Assembly (NCBI GenBank): GCA_947631915.1
Contig: CANRNC010000008.1
Span: 3,305 to 67,304 of the forward strand
DNA length: 64,000 nt
From: an uncultured Clostridia bacterium
GTDB lineage: Bacteria > Bacillota > Clostridia > TANB77 > CAG-508
Direction: 5' to 3'
Shown here: positions 1 through 11,200 of the stretch, in pieces
How the letters are laid out: every line of letters begins with the position of its first letter
Position numbering within the stretch: the first letter of the stretch is position 1
Notes under the pieces: generated by a model
Seen by the model: only the letters and a program-made list of their open reading frames with translations
Told to the model about the DNA's origin: nothing
Databases searched by the model: none
Position numbers and translations under genes: made by a program

Positions 1-153
1 GAAAATGGTATGAAATCTTTATTTGCTAATAATGAAAATTTTGATAATTATATGAACGTATTAGAGGATTACAAGACAGCAATTGATAATAAAAATAATT
101 TAATTAATGATTTATATAACGAAGTAAAAATTCTAAAAAAATTAAAATGTTAA
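1..153 (+). CDS. 3' end of an unidentified CDS (partial, runs off the window start)
   Basis: Open frame from the window edge ending ...NEVKILKKLKC, stop near 153, followed by a hairpin terminator. Confidence 0.35.
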   Translation, partial: ENGMKSLFANNENFDNYMNVLEDYKTAIDNKNNLINDLYNEVKILKKLKC

Positions 154-156
154 AAT

Positions 157-183
157 AGGGCAAAATCTTGCCCTATTTTTATT
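157..183. terminator. bidirectional intrinsic terminator hairpin
   Basis: aaaatagggcaaaatcttgccctattttt: GC stem with A/T runs on both sides, between convergent genes. Confidence 0.6.
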
Positions 184-526
184 CTAAACCAAAACTTACT
201 CCTAAAGCATTATTTATCTGATTAATTACACTACTATCATCTATATGCCCTATTTTTTCTTTTAACCTACTTTTATCTATTGTTCTTATTTGTTCTGTTA
301 ATATAACAGAGTCTGTTTTTAATCCACTATTTTGCGAACTTATTTCTATATGTGTTGGTAGTTTATTTTTTCCAATTTGTGACGTAATTGCAGCTGCAAT
401 CACAGTTGGACTATATTTATTTCCTGTATCATTTTGAATTATTAATACTGGTCTAACTCCACCTTGCTCTGAACCTATAACTGGGCTTAAATCTGCATAA
501 AACATATCTCCTCTTTTAACTATCAT
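179..526 (-). CDS. mazF: MazF/EndoA (PemK) family mRNA interferase toxin
   Basis: 115 aa. [33 protein letters not shown] is a typical MazF/EndoA N-terminus. RBS aggagtgagtaataATG. No antitoxin ORF fits the 90-nt upstream gap. Confidence 0.8.
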   Translation of the reverse strand: MIVKRGDMFYADLSPVIGSEQGGVRPVLIIQNDTGNKYSPTVIAAAITSQIGKNKLPTHIEISSQNSGLKTDSVILTEQIRTIDKSRLKEKIGHIDDSSVINQINNALGVSFGLE

Positions 527-617
527 TATTACTCACTCCTGATATTACATTTTAATTTAATGTTTTTTGATATTTTAATATTAGTTTTTTACATGATAGA
601 AAAAATTAGACTTTTTC

Positions 618-1232
618 TTACATTATATCTTCACTTATTTTGCCATTTATTGTTATCTCATTATATAATATGTAAACTAAAGTTTTTTTGTTCTCATCCT
701 TTATTTCCATTTTTGTTGGTTTACCATTTTTTTTATTTATAGTTAGTGTTTTATAGTAGTTATATTTATTCCCGTTTTTTACTCCTAAAGTAATTTCTTC
801 TTTTGTTTCTTTATATTCTATCTCGTTTTTTTTACAATCATCTATAAAATTATTTAAGCTCAATATATTGCTTGTTAAACAATTATAATCCTTATAGATT
901 TTTTCTAGATTTAATCTCGAATTTTTTATTTTTAAATTTGCACCATCATATGTGATAGTAAGTCCTTTTATATTTTCTGGTTCTTGAACTTCTTGCTTAA
1001 AAAAATTTGGACTTTTATACCATTGTTTTATTATATATTTATTTGTATTTTTATTACTATTTATTTCTACAGATATTGTTGATTCGTATGAACTAATATT
1101 TAAAATATATTCTTTAAAATCTGTAATTGATTTACTTATATTGTTTCCTGATTTTTGATTTTTATAATAAAAAATTAAAATTATTACTAAAAAAATAAAA
1201 ATACAAATAAATATTATTTTTTTATTTTTCAC
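618..1232 (-). CDS. hypothetical membrane-anchored protein (N-terminal TM/signal anchor, soluble C-domain)
   Basis: 204 aa, N-terminal hydrophobic segment IIFICIFIFLVIILIFYY, no recognisable catalytic motif. Confidence 0.5.
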   Translation of the reverse strand: MKNKKIIFICIFIFLVIILIFYYKNQKSGNNISKSITDFKEYILNISSYESTISVEINSNKNTNKYIIKQWYKSPNFFKQEVQEPENIKGLTITYDGANLKIKNSRLNLEKIYKDYNCLTSNILSLNNFIDDCKKNEIEYKETKEEITLGVKNGNKYNYYKTLTINKKNGKPTKMEIKDENKKTLVYILYNEITINGKISEDIM

Positions 1233-1350
1233 GAAAACTCCCCCTATCTTCTATTTTGTGCAAATGGCATGGTACACCGTGCCCATACACAATATGTTTT
1301 GTTTTTATTTTTCGTGAAATAATTTTAAAAGGACACATAATAATGTGCCC

Positions 1351-2325
1351 TTACAAATTTTTAAAAAATTCTTTTAAATAATTTTCTAATTCTATCTTTT
1401 TTTCCATTTTATTTATCTCTTGACGTGCTTCTGCACTATTGTGAAAACCTTTTATATATGCTGATAAGTGTTTTCTCATTTCCTTTATTCCAATATCTTC
1501 TCCCTTTATTTCTACTGCTAAATTTATGTGTTCTAAAATTATTTTTAATTTTTCTTCTTTTGTAATATCTTTAACTTTTTCTCCTTGTAAATAATCTTGA
1601 ATTTCTTTAAATATAAAAGGATTTCCTATACTTGCTCTTCCTATCATTATTCCGTCTACTCCTGTATATTCAAACATTTCTAATGCACTTGGTCCGTCCT
1701 TTATATCTCCATTTCCTATTACAGGAATTCTTACGGCCTTTTTTACCTTTTTTATTGTTTCTAGATCCACAGTCCCTGCATAATATTGTGTTCTTGTTCT
1801 CCCATGAATAATAATTGCAGAAGCACCCGCTTTTTCAAAAACTCTTGCCGCTTCTTCTGCAACTATGTTGTTTTCATCCCATCCTTTTCTAAATTTTACC
1901 GTAACTGGATGTGTTGATTCTTGTACTACTGCTGATACAATTTCTTCTGCTAATTTCAAGTCTAATAGTAATTTACTTCCATCTCCATTTTTTACTATTT
2001 TTGGAGCTGGACATCCCATGTTTATATCTATAATATCTGCAATGTCATTTAAATATCTTGTTGCAACTCTCATTGATTCAATATCACTTCCAAATAACTG
2101 CATTGATATTGGTCTTTTTTCATTTTTGACGTTTAATAATAATTTTGTTTTTTCATCATTATAGTATAGAGCTTTTGCACTTACCATTTCTGTACATACT
2201 AGTCCAGGATTATATTTTTCACATATAATTCTAAATGGCAGGTCTGTAATTCCTGCCATTGGCGCTAATATTATATTATTTTCTAGTTCTATATCTCCTA
2301 TTTTTAATTTGTGTAAATATGACAT
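1351..2325 (-). CDS. dusB: tRNA-dihydrouridine synthase (DusB family)
   Basis: LAPMAGITDLPFR and MGCPAPKIVKNGDGSKLL flavin/TIM-barrel Dus motifs. Start placed at the internal Met preceded by aaaaggagaaagaATG. Confidence 0.85.
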   Translation of the reverse strand: MSYLHKLKIGDIELENNIILAPMAGITDLPFRIICEKYNPGLVCTEMVSAKALYYNDEKTKLLLNVKNEKRPISMQLFGSDIESMRVATRYLNDIADIIDINMGCPAPKIVKNGDGSKLLLDLKLAEEIVSAVVQESTHPVTVKFRKGWDENNIVAEEAARVFEKAGASAIIIHGRTRTQYYAGTVDLETIKKVKKAVRIPVIGNGDIKDGPSALEMFEYTGVDGIMIGRASIGNPFIFKEIQDYLQGEKVKDITKEEKLKIILEHINLAVEIKGEDIGIKEMRKHLSAYIKGFHNSAEARQEINKMEKKIELENYLKEFFKNL

Positions 2326-2373
2326 TCTTTCTCCTTTTCGGATGAGCAATTTCTGCTTATTACTTGCTCCTAC

Positions 2374-3483
2374 TTAATCTATAAATATTGCTTTTTGACG
2401 TCTACCACTAATATTAAGCAATAATCCTATACATATAAAGTTTGTTACTAATGAACTTCCACCATAGCTTACAAATGGTAATGGCACTCCTGTTATAGGC
2501 AATAATCCCATTGCCATTCCTATATTTTCTAACATATGGAATGTAAAAATTCCACATATGCCCATTGCTATATATGACCCTAAATCGTCTTTAGAGGTTT
2601 TTGCTACATAAATCGATTTTGTAATTAGTACAACATACAGAATTATTACTAGTGCTGCTATTACAAATCCCATTTCTTCACCTATTACCGCAAATATAAA
2701 GTCTGTAGTTTTTGGATACAGATACCCCAGTTGTGTTTGATTTCCTTTTAATAACCCCATACCTAATAATCTACCAGATCCTATTGCTAGTTTTGATTGA
2801 ATAACATTGTATCCTGATCCTCTAGGATCTAATTCTGGATTTAAAAATACATCTATTCTTGTTTTTGCATGTTCTGGCAAAATATATAAATATGATAATG
2901 GTATTGCAATTATGACTACAACTGTTGCAAGTATTATAAATTTTTTGTCAATTCCACCTGCAAACATCATAAATATATATGAAACTATAAAGGCCATCAA
3001 TGTACCATAATCTGGTTGTAGAATTATTAGTCCAGCTGGAATAGCGATAATTAATACTGTTATTAATAATTTCCAAAATCTATTTATTTCTCGTTTGTCT
3101 CCATTTTGCAATTTTACCAATGTATATGAAAAAAATAATATAAATGCTATTTTTGCGATTTCACTTGGTTGAAATGTCGCCCATTCATTTATTTGAAACC
3201 AGCTTTTGGCTCCATTTATAGGTTCAGTAAATAGAACTGCTATTAATGCTATCATTAAAATTCCATATAATATTGGTGATATTTTTGCTATCTTATTGTA
3301 GTCTATAAACATTACTATAATCATAATAGGTATACTAACTGTTGTCCATACAATTTGCTTTTTCAATTCTGAATTTCCATTATCTTGTGTTGCAGAATAT
3401 AATGCTACCATTCCTATAACAAGCAATAATATACAACATATTAATATACTCCATTCAATATTTTTCAAAAATTTATTTTTCAT
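2374..3483 (-). CDS. rodA: SEDS-family peptidoglycan glycosyltransferase (RodA/FtsW)
   Basis: 369 aa, about 10 TM segments, FtsW/RodA/SpoVE signature regions. Sits downstream of minDE. Confidence 0.85.
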   Translation of the reverse strand: MKNKFLKNIEWSILICCILLLVIGMVALYSATQDNGNSELKKQIVWTTVSIPIMIIVMFIDYNKIAKISPILYGILMIALIAVLFTEPINGAKSWFQINEWATFQPSEIAKIAFILFFSYTLVKLQNGDKREINRFWKLLITVLIIAIPAGLIILQPDYGTLMAFIVSYIFMMFAGGIDKKFIILATVVVIIAIPLSYLYILPEHAKTRIDVFLNPELDPRGSGYNVIQSKLAIGSGRLLGMGLLKGNQTQLGYLYPKTTDFIFAVIGEEMGFVIAALVIILYVVLITKSIYVAKTSKDDLGSYIAMGICGIFTFHMLENIGMAMGLLPITGVPLPFVSYGGSSLVTNFICIGLLLNISGRRQKAIFID

Positions 3484-3505
3484 ATTTTAACTCTCTCTAT
3501 CAGTT

Positions 3506-3991
3506 TTATTTTTTAGGTTTCTCTTTTGTTTTTTCTCCTTTTGAACGAGTAGTATTCTCTTCTTCCTTCTTATCTTTAGATTTTTCGTCGTTTTCTATTT
3601 CTTGTTTCTCATTTTGCGTTTCGTTAATTACTTCTTTTGCTTCTTCGATAATTTTCTTCTCTTCCTCGGCTTCTTTCTTTTCTTTTAATTTAGCTTCTTG
3701 TTTTATATTAACTATTGGAATATTAGCATATAATGCTGGTGCTCCTGTTGTTCCATCAGTATTTTGTTTATTTGTAAGTCTAACATCTATTTCTTTTTCA
3801 TCTACCTCAATATATTTTTTTATAACATCTATTATTTCTTGCCTCATTAAATCAAGGAAGTCAGCTGATACATTTGCTCTATCTTGCATTAAAACTAAAT
3901 GTAGTCTTTCTTTTGCTGCATCTTTTGAATTATTTGTATTTTTTTCTGACTTTTTCATATTCTTAAAAAAGGCTATTATATTTTCAAACAT
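3506..3991 (-). CDS. minE: cell division topological specificity factor MinE with a long K/E-rich C-terminal extension
   Basis: N-terminal about 90 aa matches MinE (MFENIIAFFK...AKERLHLVLMQDR...). About 70 extra low-complexity Lys/Glu residues follow. Confidence 0.8.
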   Translation of the reverse strand: MFENIIAFFKNMKKSEKNTNNSKDAAKERLHLVLMQDRANVSADFLDLMRQEIIDVIKKYIEVDEKEIDVRLTNKQNTDGTTGAPALYANIPIVNIKQEAKLKEKKEAEEEKKIIEEAKEVINETQNEKQEIENDEKSKDKKEEENTTRSKGEKTKEKPKK

Positions 3992-4032
3992 GCTTCATTC
4001 CACCCTTATCTTATTAAATGTATACAAATATT

Positions 4033-4827
4033 TTATTTTTTGCTGAATATACTTTTTAGCTTCTCTAGGAAACTTCTTTCTCTTCCTGGGATACTAACTT
4101 CTATGTTTTCTCCTAATATTCTTTTTGCAATTTCTCTATATGCTTTTCCTGATGGAGCTTTTTTATTAGATACTACTGGTTCTCCCTTATTTGTTTGAGT
4201 TATTATGTATTCGTCATCAGGTATAACACCTGTAAGATCAATAGATAATAAATCTACTATGTCTTCTACGTCCATCATTTCACCTTTTTTTACCATGTTA
4301 GGTCTTATTCTATTTATTACTAATTCTGGATTTTTTATATCTGATGCTTCAAGTAGTCCTATTATTCTGTCAGCATCTCTTATTGATGATATTTCTGCAG
4401 TTGTTACTACTATTGCTCTATCTGCTCCTGCTATTGCATTTTTAAATCCTTGTTCAATTCCAGCAGGGCAGTCTATTAATATGTAATCAAATTCTTCCTT
4501 TAATTTTTTAGTTAATTCTTTCATTTGCTTTTCATTAACTGCACTTTTATCCCTTGTTTGTGCTGCTGGAAGTAAAAATAGTTCTTCAAAACGTTTATCT
4601 TTTATCAGTGCTTGTCTTATTTTACATCTTTCTTCAACAACATCAACAATATCATACACTATTCTATTTTCTAATCCCATTACAACGTCTAAATTTCTTA
4701 ATCCAATATCAGTATCTACTAATGCAACTTTCTTTCCTTCCATTGCTAAAGATGCTCCTAAATTTGCAGTTGTAGTTGTTTTTCCTACTCCACCTTTTCC
4801 TGATGTTATTACTATAACTTCTCCCAT
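4033..4827 (-). CDS. minD: septum site-determining ATPase MinD
   Basis: MGEVIVITSGKGGVGKTTTTANLG deviant Walker A, full ParA/MinD fold. Start ambiguous (4827 or 4839). Confidence 0.9.
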   Translation of the reverse strand: MGEVIVITSGKGGVGKTTTTANLGASLAMEGKKVALVDTDIGLRNLDVVMGLENRIVYDIVDVVEERCKIRQALIKDKRFEELFLLPAAQTRDKSAVNEKQMKELTKKLKEEFDYILIDCPAGIEQGFKNAIAGADRAIVVTTAEISSIRDADRIIGLLEASDIKNPELVINRIRPNMVKKGEMMDVEDIVDLLSIDLTGVIPDDEYIITQTNKGEPVVSNKKAPSGKAYREIAKRILGENIEVSIPGRERSFLEKLKSIFSKK

Positions 4828-5050
4828 GTTTAATATCATTCCTTCCTTTAAAGTTATAAATTTTGTAGTTTATCTCTTTACTTTTTAACTTTATCTTAAG
4901 AATACTTTTAGGTATTATTTCCGTAGTAATTATACGATTATTATCATATCTTAAATTTCATGAAAAGTCAATAGTTATATGTTATCTATTGGAATTTAAA
5001 ACCCCCCTATGTATATAAAGTTGAGTAACTAGTCAAATATTATTATTTTC

Positions 5051-5090
5051 TTGACATTAATTTTTTTTAATAATATACTGTATCCGTAAA
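5051..5090 (+). promoter_or_regulatory. sigma-A type promoter of the oxidoreductase operon, followed by a TATCCGTAAA element at the presumed +1
   Basis: TTGACA-17nt-TATACT, then gTATCCGTAAAt, then RBS aaggagg before the 5118 ATG. Confidence 0.6.
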
Positions 5091-5117
5091 TATTTTTAAT
5101 AAGGAGGTAGGCTTTCG

Positions 5118-5696
5118 ATGAAGGATTTAATAGAAATTAGATGGCATGGTCGTGGTGGCCAAGGTGCAAAAACAGCTTCACTTTTACTTGCGGATGCAGC
5201 ATTTAATACTGGAAAATACATTCAAGGTTTTCCCGAATATGGTCCAGAGAGAATGGGTGCTCCTATTACTGCTTATAATCGTATTAGTACAAAACCTATT
5301 ACTATTCATAGTAATATTTATGAGCCTGATTATGTAGTAGTTGTTGATGATTCTCTTCTTGAATCTGTCGATGTTACAGCTGGATTAAAGGAAGATGGAG
5401 CTATTGTTATTAATACTACCAAAGATGTTGATTACATAAAGAAGAATTTAAAAGGATATAAAGGCGAAATTTATACAATCGATGCTAGAGAAATTTCTTT
5501 GCAAACTCTTGGAAAGTATTTTCCAAATACTCCTATGCTTGCTGCAATTGTGCATGTTACAGGCATAATGAGCGATGAAGATTTTCTAGCCGATATGCAG
5601 GGTTCTTTCAAGCACAAATTTGCAAAGAAACCTGAAGTTATAGAAGGAAATATGAAGGCTTTAGAAATGGCATTAAATAAGGTGACAAAAATTTAA
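5118..5696 (+). CDS. porG: 2-oxoacid:ferredoxin oxidoreductase gamma subunit (pyruvate/ketoisovalerate type)
   Basis: RWHGRGGQGAKTASLLLADAA motif of POR/VOR gamma subunits. Confidence 0.85.
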   Translation: MKDLIEIRWHGRGGQGAKTASLLLADAAFNTGKYIQGFPEYGPERMGAPITAYNRISTKPITIHSNIYEPDYVVVVDDSLLESVDVTAGLKEDGAIVINTTKDVDYIKKNLKGYKGEIYTIDAREISLQTLGKYFPNTPMLAAIVHVTGIMSDEDFLADMQGSFKHKFAKKPEVIEGNMKALEMALNKVTKI

Positions 5697-5724
5697 TTAT
5701 AGTTATGGAAGGATGTGAATTATA

Positions 5725-6003
5725 ATGATAGATAAAGATACTCCTGTAAATGACTTAACTATTGGTGGAAATATATATGAAGCAGGAAACTCTCTTAAGT
5801 TTAAGACTGGAGACTGGCGTTCAACCACTCCTAAATATATTTCAGAGAATTGTAAGCAGTGTGGGCTTTGTTTCCCTGTTTGCCCTGATGATGCTATTCC
5901 CGTAGGAAAGGATCAAAAAAGAGGAGATTTCAATTACGACTATTGTAAGGGATGTGGAGTTTGTGCTAAAGTGTGTCCTTTTAAAGCAATAGTTATGGAG
6001 TAA
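5725..6003 (+). CDS. porD: 2-oxoacid:ferredoxin oxidoreductase delta subunit (2x[4Fe-4S] ferredoxin)
   Basis: CKQCGLCFPVCP and CKGCGVCAKVCP cluster motifs, 92 aa. Confidence 0.85.
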   Translation: MIDKDTPVNDLTIGGNIYEAGNSLKFKTGDWRSTTPKYISENCKQCGLCFPVCPDDAIPVGKDQKRGDFNYDYCKGCGVCAKVCPFKAIVME

Positions 6004-6048
6004 TATAGAAAATAATATATTAAATTTATAAGAAAGGAATGATTAAAA

Positions 6049-7230
6049 ATGTCTATAAGAGAAAGATTAAGTGGAAATGAAGCAGCAGCTATCGCAATGA
6101 AGCAAATTAATCCTGATGTTGTTGCTGCCTTTCCTATAACTCCATCTACAGAAATACCACAGTACTTTTCAACTTTTGTTAGTAATGGTCAAGTTGATAC
6201 AGAATTTGTAGCAGTTGAAAGTGAACATAGTGCTATGAGTGCTTGTATAGGTGCACAATCTGCCGGAGCAAGAGCTATGACTGCCACATCTGCAAATGGT
6301 TTATCTCTAATGTGGGAAATGATTTATATTGCTTCAAGTTTAAGATTACCTATAGTTATGTCTTTGGTAAATCGTGCTGTTTCTGGTCCATTAAATATAC
6401 ATAATGACCATTCTGATGCAATGGGTGTAAGAGATGCCGGTTGGATTATGCTATTTTCTGAAAATAATCAGGAGGCATATGATAATTTACTTATGGCTCA
6501 TAGAATTGCTGAACATAAAGATGTTTTATTACCTTTAATGGTATGTCAAGATGGTTTTATAACTTCACATTCTATTGAGAATATAGAGTTGTTAGAAGAT
6601 GACAAAGTAAAACAATTTGTAGGAAAATATAAACCTGAACATTATTTATTAAATGATAAAGAACCTATTGCAGTTGGTCCTTTGGATTTACAAGCATATT
6701 TATTTGAGCATAAATACCAACAGGCAGAGGCTATGAGAAACGCTAAAAAAGTTATTTTAGAGGTTTCTAAAGATTTCGAGAAGTTAACAGGAAGAAAATA
6801 TTCTTTCTTTGAAGAATATAAAATGGATGATGCAGAGCTTGTTGTAGTTTGTATGAACTCAACTGCTGGTACTACTAAAGCTGTTGTAGATGATTTAAGA
6901 AATAAAGGTGTTAAAGCAGGTTTGTTAAAAATTCGTGTGTTTAGACCTTTTCCTGCTGAAGAAGTTGCAAATGCACTTTCTAATGCTAAAGCAATAGCTG
7001 TATTGGATAAAGCCGATTCTTTAAATGGTGTTGGAGGTGCATTATTTGAAGACGTTGTATCTGGTATGTATGTAAATAATAAAAATGTTCCAATTGTAAA
7101 TTATGTTTATGGAATAGGTGGTAGAGATACTACTACTAAAGAAATTTCTAGTGTATATTCAGATTTACAAAAAATAGTTGATACAGGAAATATTGATAAT
7201 CCTTATAGATATTTAGGATTAAGAAAATAA
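6049..7230 (+). CDS. porA: 2-oxoacid:ferredoxin oxidoreductase alpha subunit
   Basis: 393 aa POR domain I/II architecture. Gene order gamma-delta-alpha-beta. Confidence 0.85.
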   Translation: MSIRERLSGNEAAAIAMKQINPDVVAAFPITPSTEIPQYFSTFVSNGQVDTEFVAVESEHSAMSACIGAQSAGARAMTATSANGLSLMWEMIYIASSLRLPIVMSLVNRAVSGPLNIHNDHSDAMGVRDAGWIMLFSENNQEAYDNLLMAHRIAEHKDVLLPLMVCQDGFITSHSIENIELLEDDKVKQFVGKYKPEHYLLNDKEPIAVGPLDLQAYLFEHKYQQAEAMRNAKKVILEVSKDFEKLTGRKYSFFEEYKMDDAELVVVCMNSTAGTTKAVVDDLRNKGVKAGLLKIRVFRPFPAEEVANALSNAKAIAVLDKADSLNGVGGALFEDVVSGMYVNNKNVPIVNYVYGIGGRDTTTKEISSVYSDLQKIVDTGNIDNPYRYLGLRK

Positions 7231-7251
7231 TGTTAGAGAGGAGATAATAAA

Positions 7252-8214
7252 ATGGCATATAATTTAAAAGAAATAATTGCTGATAAGCCTTCTCGTTTAA
7301 AGTCAGGTCATAGAATGTGTGCAGGTTGTGGTGCACCTATAGTAGCAAGAATGGTATTAAGAGCCTTAAAAAATGAAGATCATGCAGTCATCGCAAATGC
7401 AACTGGTTGTATGGAAGTTTCTACTTTTATATATCCATATTCTGCTTGGTCAGATTCCTACATACATACTGCTTTTGAGTGTGCAGGTGCAACTTTAAGC
7501 GGTGCAGAAGCTGCTTATCGTTCTATGAAAAAGCAAGGAAAACTTCCAAAAGATGTAGATACAAAGTTTATTGCTTTTGGTGGAGATGGCGGAACTTATG
7601 ATATCGGTTTACAAAGTTTATCAGGAGCTATGGAAAGAGGTCATGATATGGTTTATGTATGTTATGATAATGGTGCATACATGAACACAGGTATACAACG
7701 TTCTTCTGCTACTCCTCATTTTGCTGATACAACAACAACTCCAGCAGGAACTGTTATTCCTGGTAAAATGCAAGTTAGAAAAGATTTAACAGAGATTATG
7801 GTTGGACATCATATCCCTTATGTTGCTCAAACTGTTCCTATTAATAATTTTAAAGATTTATATGAAAAATCAGAAAAAGCAATATATACTGAAGGTCCTG
7901 CTTTTTTAAATGTTTTAGCCCCTTGCCCTAGAGGTTGGGGTTATCCAACAGAAGACTTACTTCAAATAAATAAATTAGCTGTTGAAACTTGTTATTGGCC
8001 TTTATATGAAGTTGTAAATGGAAAATATAAAATTAATTATAAACCAGCTAAAAAGTTACCTGTTGAGGAATTTTTAAGACCACAAAGAAGGTTTAAGCAT
8101 ATGTTTAAACCAGGAAATGAATGGATGATTGAGGCTTTCCAAAAAGAAACTGATGAAAGATGGGAAGCATTATTAAAACTTGAAGAAATAACTAACAAAG
8201 AAGAAGAAAAATAA
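7252..8214 (+). CDS. porB: 2-oxoacid:ferredoxin oxidoreductase beta subunit (TPP-binding)
   Basis: GCGAPIVARM...GGDGGTYDIGLQSL thiamine-diphosphate binding motifs. Confidence 0.85.
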   Translation: MAYNLKEIIADKPSRLKSGHRMCAGCGAPIVARMVLRALKNEDHAVIANATGCMEVSTFIYPYSAWSDSYIHTAFECAGATLSGAEAAYRSMKKQGKLPKDVDTKFIAFGGDGGTYDIGLQSLSGAMERGHDMVYVCYDNGAYMNTGIQRSSATPHFADTTTTPAGTVIPGKMQVRKDLTEIMVGHHIPYVAQTVPINNFKDLYEKSEKAIYTEGPAFLNVLAPCPRGWGYPTEDLLQINKLAVETCYWPLYEVVNGKYKINYKPAKKLPVEEFLRPQRRFKHMFKPGNEWMIEAFQKETDERWEALLKLEEITNKEEEK

Positions 8215-8240
8215 GTCGAGAAATTCTCGCTATAACACAG

Positions 8241-8268
8241 AATTTTTATAGGGCACGGTTTACCGTGC
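8241..8268. terminator. GC-rich palindromic terminator (family GGGCAYGGT..ACCGTGCCC), bidirectional
   Basis: tatagggcacggtttaccgtgccctata between convergent porB and the giant adhesin gene. Confidence 0.65.
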
Positions 8269-8276
8269 CCTATATT

Positions 8277-11200
8277 TTATTTATATAAGAATTTGATTTT
8301 ATTTATGTTTGGTCCATACTTTCTATTTTTTATGGTTATAGTTATTACATATCCACATATTCCTAATGATACTATTATCATTACAATAATTGCCGTACTT
8401 ATTACCATTCCTGTTTTTATTCCTATAACTATTTCTGCTTCTGACTTGTTGTTTTCAAAGTTTGACTCTTCAAAATGTAATTTATTGTCTGTCTCTTTTA
8501 TTTCTGCTATTGTTTTGTTTAATCCAAATGCTTCTTGTTCATTTTTCCACCTTAATACTACATCCACATATACTGAATCATTTTCTTTTAGCTCTACTTG
8601 TTCCATCATTGGTATACTTACTTTTCCATTTTTTTCTTGACAATATTGTATATTATCTTGTGGATAAAATCTCATACAACCTGGTATGTTCATTTCTAAT
8701 CTTGTTACTTTTCCTGCTACTTTACTTGGATTACTTACTTGAATTCTATATGTTATTCTTATATCGTCTGTCTTTATGTTTTTATTGCTTACTTCTATTT
8801 TTATTGCTTGATCTTCCGGCTGTGTACTTTCATATTCAACTTGTCCATTTCTTTCTATCTTTTGTATCCAATGATCTATTTTTAAGTCAAATTCTTGTCT
8901 TTCTAGCTTTATTGTTATTGCCTGTATTTCATACTTATCCTCTATTACTATTGTTTCTGTTGTACTTTCATATCCATATGGTGGATTTAATAATTCTAAT
9001 GTGTATTCTCCTTTATCTAATCCTTTTATTACATTATTTATGTCTTCTCCTGTTACATCTTCTACTACATTTCCTTCTTCATCTCTTATTAATATATGCA
9101 CATCTTCTAGATCTTCTATTTTTTCTCCTGTTTCTCCGTCTACTATCTCTATTTGTGCTTTATTTACTGGGTCTGATTCTACCGTTATCGTTTGTGGTCC
9201 TTGCTCGTCTTCTACTACTATTTCTAATGTTAAAGATTTGTATTCTGGTGGTGGATCTAATAATTCTAATGTATATTTACCATGTGGTAATCCTTCTATT
9301 ACACCATTTATGTCTTCTCCTGTTAGGTCTTCTACTACATTTCCTTCTTCGTCTTTTATTACTACGTGTACATCTTCTAAATCTTCTATGACTTCTCCTG
9401 TTTCTGCATCTTTAAACTCTAGTTTTATTTGACTTAATTCTTGTTCTATTACTATCTCTTGTACTCCTGTTACATCTTTGATTGTAAATTCTTTCCTTTT
9501 CATTGTTACATAACCTTTTTGTATATAGTCTTCATCCGTTATTTCTTTTTGTCTTAAAATATACTCTCCTATTGGTAATCCTTCTGTATAGTAGCTTTCT
9601 TCGCTTGATGTTGTAAATTCTCCTACTATTTCTTCTTTTATTACGTTTCCTTCTTCATCTTTTGTTTCTTTTACTATTTCAAATTCCATTCCTTCAAGTT
9701 TTTCTTTTGTTTCTTTATCTACTACATCTATTTGTATTTTTGTTCTCTCGTCTACCATTGTTATTGTATCTTTTACTTCTTCGCCTTCTCCGATTTTCCC
9801 TTGTGAATTTAATTTGAAACTTATTTCATTTGCTGTTACATATCCTGGGGCTGGTGTTTTTTCTACTAGTCTATATTCTTTGTCATATCCTAGCCCTTCT
9901 ATTCCTTGTGGATTTTCACCTGTTTCCCATTCCTGTACTACTGTTCCTTGTTGGTCTTGTATTTGTAGTATTGCTCCGCTTATTTGTTCTCCTTCTATAT
10001 TGGTTTTTACTGCATTTATACTTGTTTTATTATTTGTGTATACCTCTTTTATGCTATTTATCTCTCTTTGGTCTGTTTGATAGTTTCCGTTTATTTCTAT
10101 TATTTCTTCTCTCAATATATATCCTTCTGGTGCTTTTAATTCTTTTATGTAATATTTTCCTAGTGGTATTTCTTTGCTGAATTCTGCTATTCCGTTTTCG
10201 TTTGTTGTTACTGTTTCTATTAGTTCATTTTCTCTTTTTACTATCGTTCCATCTCTTCCTAGTATGTTTTCTTTTGCGTAAATTCCAAATATTGCTCCTG
10301 GTAGAACTGCTTGGTTATTTTCGTCTTGTTTTTCTATTTCTATGTCTAGTTTTTGTCTTTCGTTTCTAAATTTTGTTGTTTTGAATATTACTGGTGTTTT
10401 ACTTGCTTCTTCTCCATTTTCCCCCTGTTCATAACCTATTGTTATTTCTTTTTCTTCTGTATTATGTTTAAATCCTTCTCCTGCTACTGTTTGTCTTACA
10501 TAATATGTTCCTATTGGTAGGTTTTCTGCATATGCTATTCCTTCGCTATTACTTGTTACTGTTTGTACTACTTCTCCAGCTGTATATAGTGTTGTTTGAT
10601 TGTCTTGAGATATTATATCTTCTTTTGCTACTATTTCATATGTTGCTCTTGCTACTCCTCCTTCTTCATACGTTATTTCTCCGTTCTCAATTTTCTTTAT
10701 GTATTCTCCTACTGTTTCTATTTTTATACTTCCTACTTGGGCTTGGTTTTCTTGCTTTTGTACTACTACTATCTCATTTAACCCTTCGTCTATACAATAT
10801 GCTGCATTTCCCATTATCTCAAATTGTATTTTTTCTTTTGGAGTTAATTCTGTTTCTCCTCTATTACTGTTTCCTTCATATCCGTTTAATACATATCCCT
10901 CTGGTGCTTCTATTTCTTCTATTTCATAATTTCCTACCTCTAGTTTGACTGGTGTTATTAGAAATCCTTCACTTCCTGTTTCATATGGTGTCTCATAGCT
11001 TCCTTCTTCTTTATATCCATCTACTGTCCATATTATATTTGTTACTAATTGATCTGTATCTAAATTTCTTATTACATATTTTGCCGTCTTTCCTATTACA
11101 TTCTCTTTCGTTTTATCGTCGGTCTTATATATTTTTACTCTTGCTTCAAAGTTTGGATCTATTATAAATCTCATACTTTGTAATTGTCTTGAATCTTTTT

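Noticed and set aside
7148-7336. 62-aa minus-strand ORF spanning the porA/porB junction
   Set aside because: Antisense to two well-supported genes, with no independent signals.
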